Position numbers and translations under genes: made by a program
In this document: one piece after another, positions 63,029 to 64,000 of the stretch
Layout of the letters: every line of letters starts with the position of its first letter
Numbering within the stretch: the stretch's first letter is position 1
Origin: Bacteroidales bacterium
GTDB lineage: Bacteria > Bacteroidota > Bacteroidia > Bacteroidales > UBA932
Reading direction: 5' to 3'
NCBI GenBank assembly: GCA_021443665.1
Contig: JABUTN010000002.1
Span: 27,943 to 91,942 of the forward strand
DNA length: 64,000 nucleotides
Notes under the pieces: generated by a model
Seen by the model: the letters and a program-made list of their open reading frames with translations, nothing else
What the model was told of the DNA's origin: nothing
Databases searched by the model: none

Positions 63029-64000
63029 ATGAGACGCACTCATTTACTTGTATTTGCCACGATTGTAGTTGTGTTGGGGGCTTGCAGCAAGTCTCCGGCG
63101 ACGAACCCTTTCAAGGCCATAGAACTGACCAAGGCCCAGCATGAGATGGCTCAGGCGAGTTGGGATTTCTCCTTCGACCTCATCCGCGCACTCAGCGAGC
63201 AGGACAAGGACAACAACATTTCCGTATCACCATTCAGCCTTCAGACTGCACTATCGATGGCCTCTGTGGGAGCGGATGGCGAGACACGCAGCGAGATCAA
63301 CAGGGCCATAGGCCTCGAGGATTTCTCAAGTGCTGATGTGTGCGCATTTTACGAGACGATATTGCCCGGCCTGTTGGGAGCGGACAACAGCACCTCCATT
63401 TCGATAGCCAATTCGGTGTGGGCCAAGCCGGATGCCGGTATGAAGTCCGACTATTCCAAACTCCTGCAGGATAGTTTCAAGGCGAGCGTTCACACATTGG
63501 GCTCGAACGCCCCCTCTGACATCTCAGCCTGGGTCAATGAAGCCACTAGGGGTATGATTCCCGATATGCGTGCCGATGTCAAGGACGCGGAGATGGTTCT
63601 CGTGAACGCACTGTATTTCAAGGGGATTTGGTCAAGCCAGTTCAAGACGGAAGATAACACGGAAGACACCTTCACCAACTACGACGGCACCCAGACCCGC
63701 ACCACCTTTATGAACAAGAAAACATACATGAGATTACGCTATGGGGAAGTGGCTTCGTCCGTTACCCTGCCCTACGGCAACAATGCCTATAATATGACCA
63801 TCGTCATCCCCACAGACGAGAATAGTGACATCGATGATGTACTTGCCTTGCTTGATGAAGATATGTGGAATCATATCGTGACCTCCACCAAACACACAAA
63901 AGTGAAGCTTCAGTTGCCCAAGTTTGAGAGTTCATACTCCAGGACTCTTGTTCCCACACTTAAGGCTCTCGGCATAGAGAAGGCCTTTACGGGCAGCGCG
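63029..64000 (+). CDS. Serpin family lipoprotein (partial; the reactive-centre loop lies beyond the window)
   Basis: Not in the ORF track because no stop is reached. My translation from ATG 63029 reads 'MRRTHLLVFATIVVVLGACSKSP...ISVSPFSLQTALSMASVGADGETRSEI...MVLVNALYFKGIWSSQFKTEDT...', with serpin hallmarks ('SPFS', 'NALYFKGxW') and the lipobox 'LGAC'. Confidence 0.9.
   Translation, partial: MRRTHLLVFATIVVVLGACSKSPATNPFKAIELTKAQHEMAQASWDFSFDLIRALSEQDKDNNISVSPFSLQTALSMASVGADGETRSEINRAIGLEDFSSADVCAFYETILPGLLGADNSTSISIANSVWAKPDAGMKSDYSKLLQDSFKASVHTLGSNAPSDISAWVNEATRGMIPDMRADVKDAEMVLVNALYFKGIWSSQFKTEDNTEDTFTNYDGTQTRTTFMNKKTYMRLRYGEVASSVTLPYGNNAYNMTIVIPTDENSDIDDVLALLDEDMWNHIVTSTKHTKVKLQLPKFESSYSRTLVPTLKALGIEKAFTGSA

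Noticed and set aside
1-64000. Looked for CRISPR arrays, tRNA/rRNA genes, transposases/integrases, prophage genes and known defence-system genes.
   Set aside because: I saw no regularly spaced repeats, no tRNA-like T-arm/acceptor patterns in the few intergenic regions, and no recombinase, phage or defence motifs in any ORF. Small ncRNAs cannot be excluded by eye.

Overview
This is a dense, GC-rich chromosomal segment (about 53-57% GC on the few core 60-nt lines I hand-counted) that looks like Bacteroidales (Bacteroidota) core genome. It holds about 58 protein-coding genes with almost no intergenic space and many 1-4 nt start/stop overlaps. Lipoprotein and OMP signal peptides are common, and a TAnnTTTG (-7) promoter box sits in front of most transcription units. 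Housekeeping genes include pgk, topA, ddl, PBP1A, radA, acpP, miaA, bioB, a uvrA paralogue, cdaA, rsmE and prmC. Envelope and transport genes include a YbhFSR-like ABC-2 exporter, a giant ABCG-like protein, MATE, an MFS nucleoside permease, a BASS symporter and several OMP beta-barrels. Glycan and peptide utilisation genes include GH43, GH3, GH31, a C69 dipeptidase and an S9/DPP-IV peptidase. I recognised no rRNA, tRNA, CRISPR array, transposase or integrase. The only clearly accessory stretch is a low-GC block (about 59.9-63.0 kb) wedged behind the acpP terminator. It carries a decayed DUF4160 gene plus an intact DUF2442 gene and a membrane-spanning TPR/LuxR-type one-component regulator. Divergent from the regulator are a DUF3244-like secreted beta-sandwich protein, a 62-aa Asn/Tyr/Gly-rich lipoprotein and a lipoprotein serpin that runs off the window. 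This neighbourhood is my best candidate for an undescribed system. It has a 13-nt direct repeat in the divergent control region and a 13-nt promoter element shared by the DUF3244-like and serpin genes. Other second-look items are: a miaA-cupin-small radical SAM cassette; cdaA translationally coupled to a DUF2807 protein; an LMW-PTP::MsrA fusion; an ECF sigma factor coupled to an anti-sigma-like/OMP-barrel hybrid; a UvrA paralogue with a degenerate zinc module; a large class of apparently leaderless genes; and palindromic back-to-back -7 boxes. All functional calls come from motifs read by eye in the supplied translations. No database search was run.
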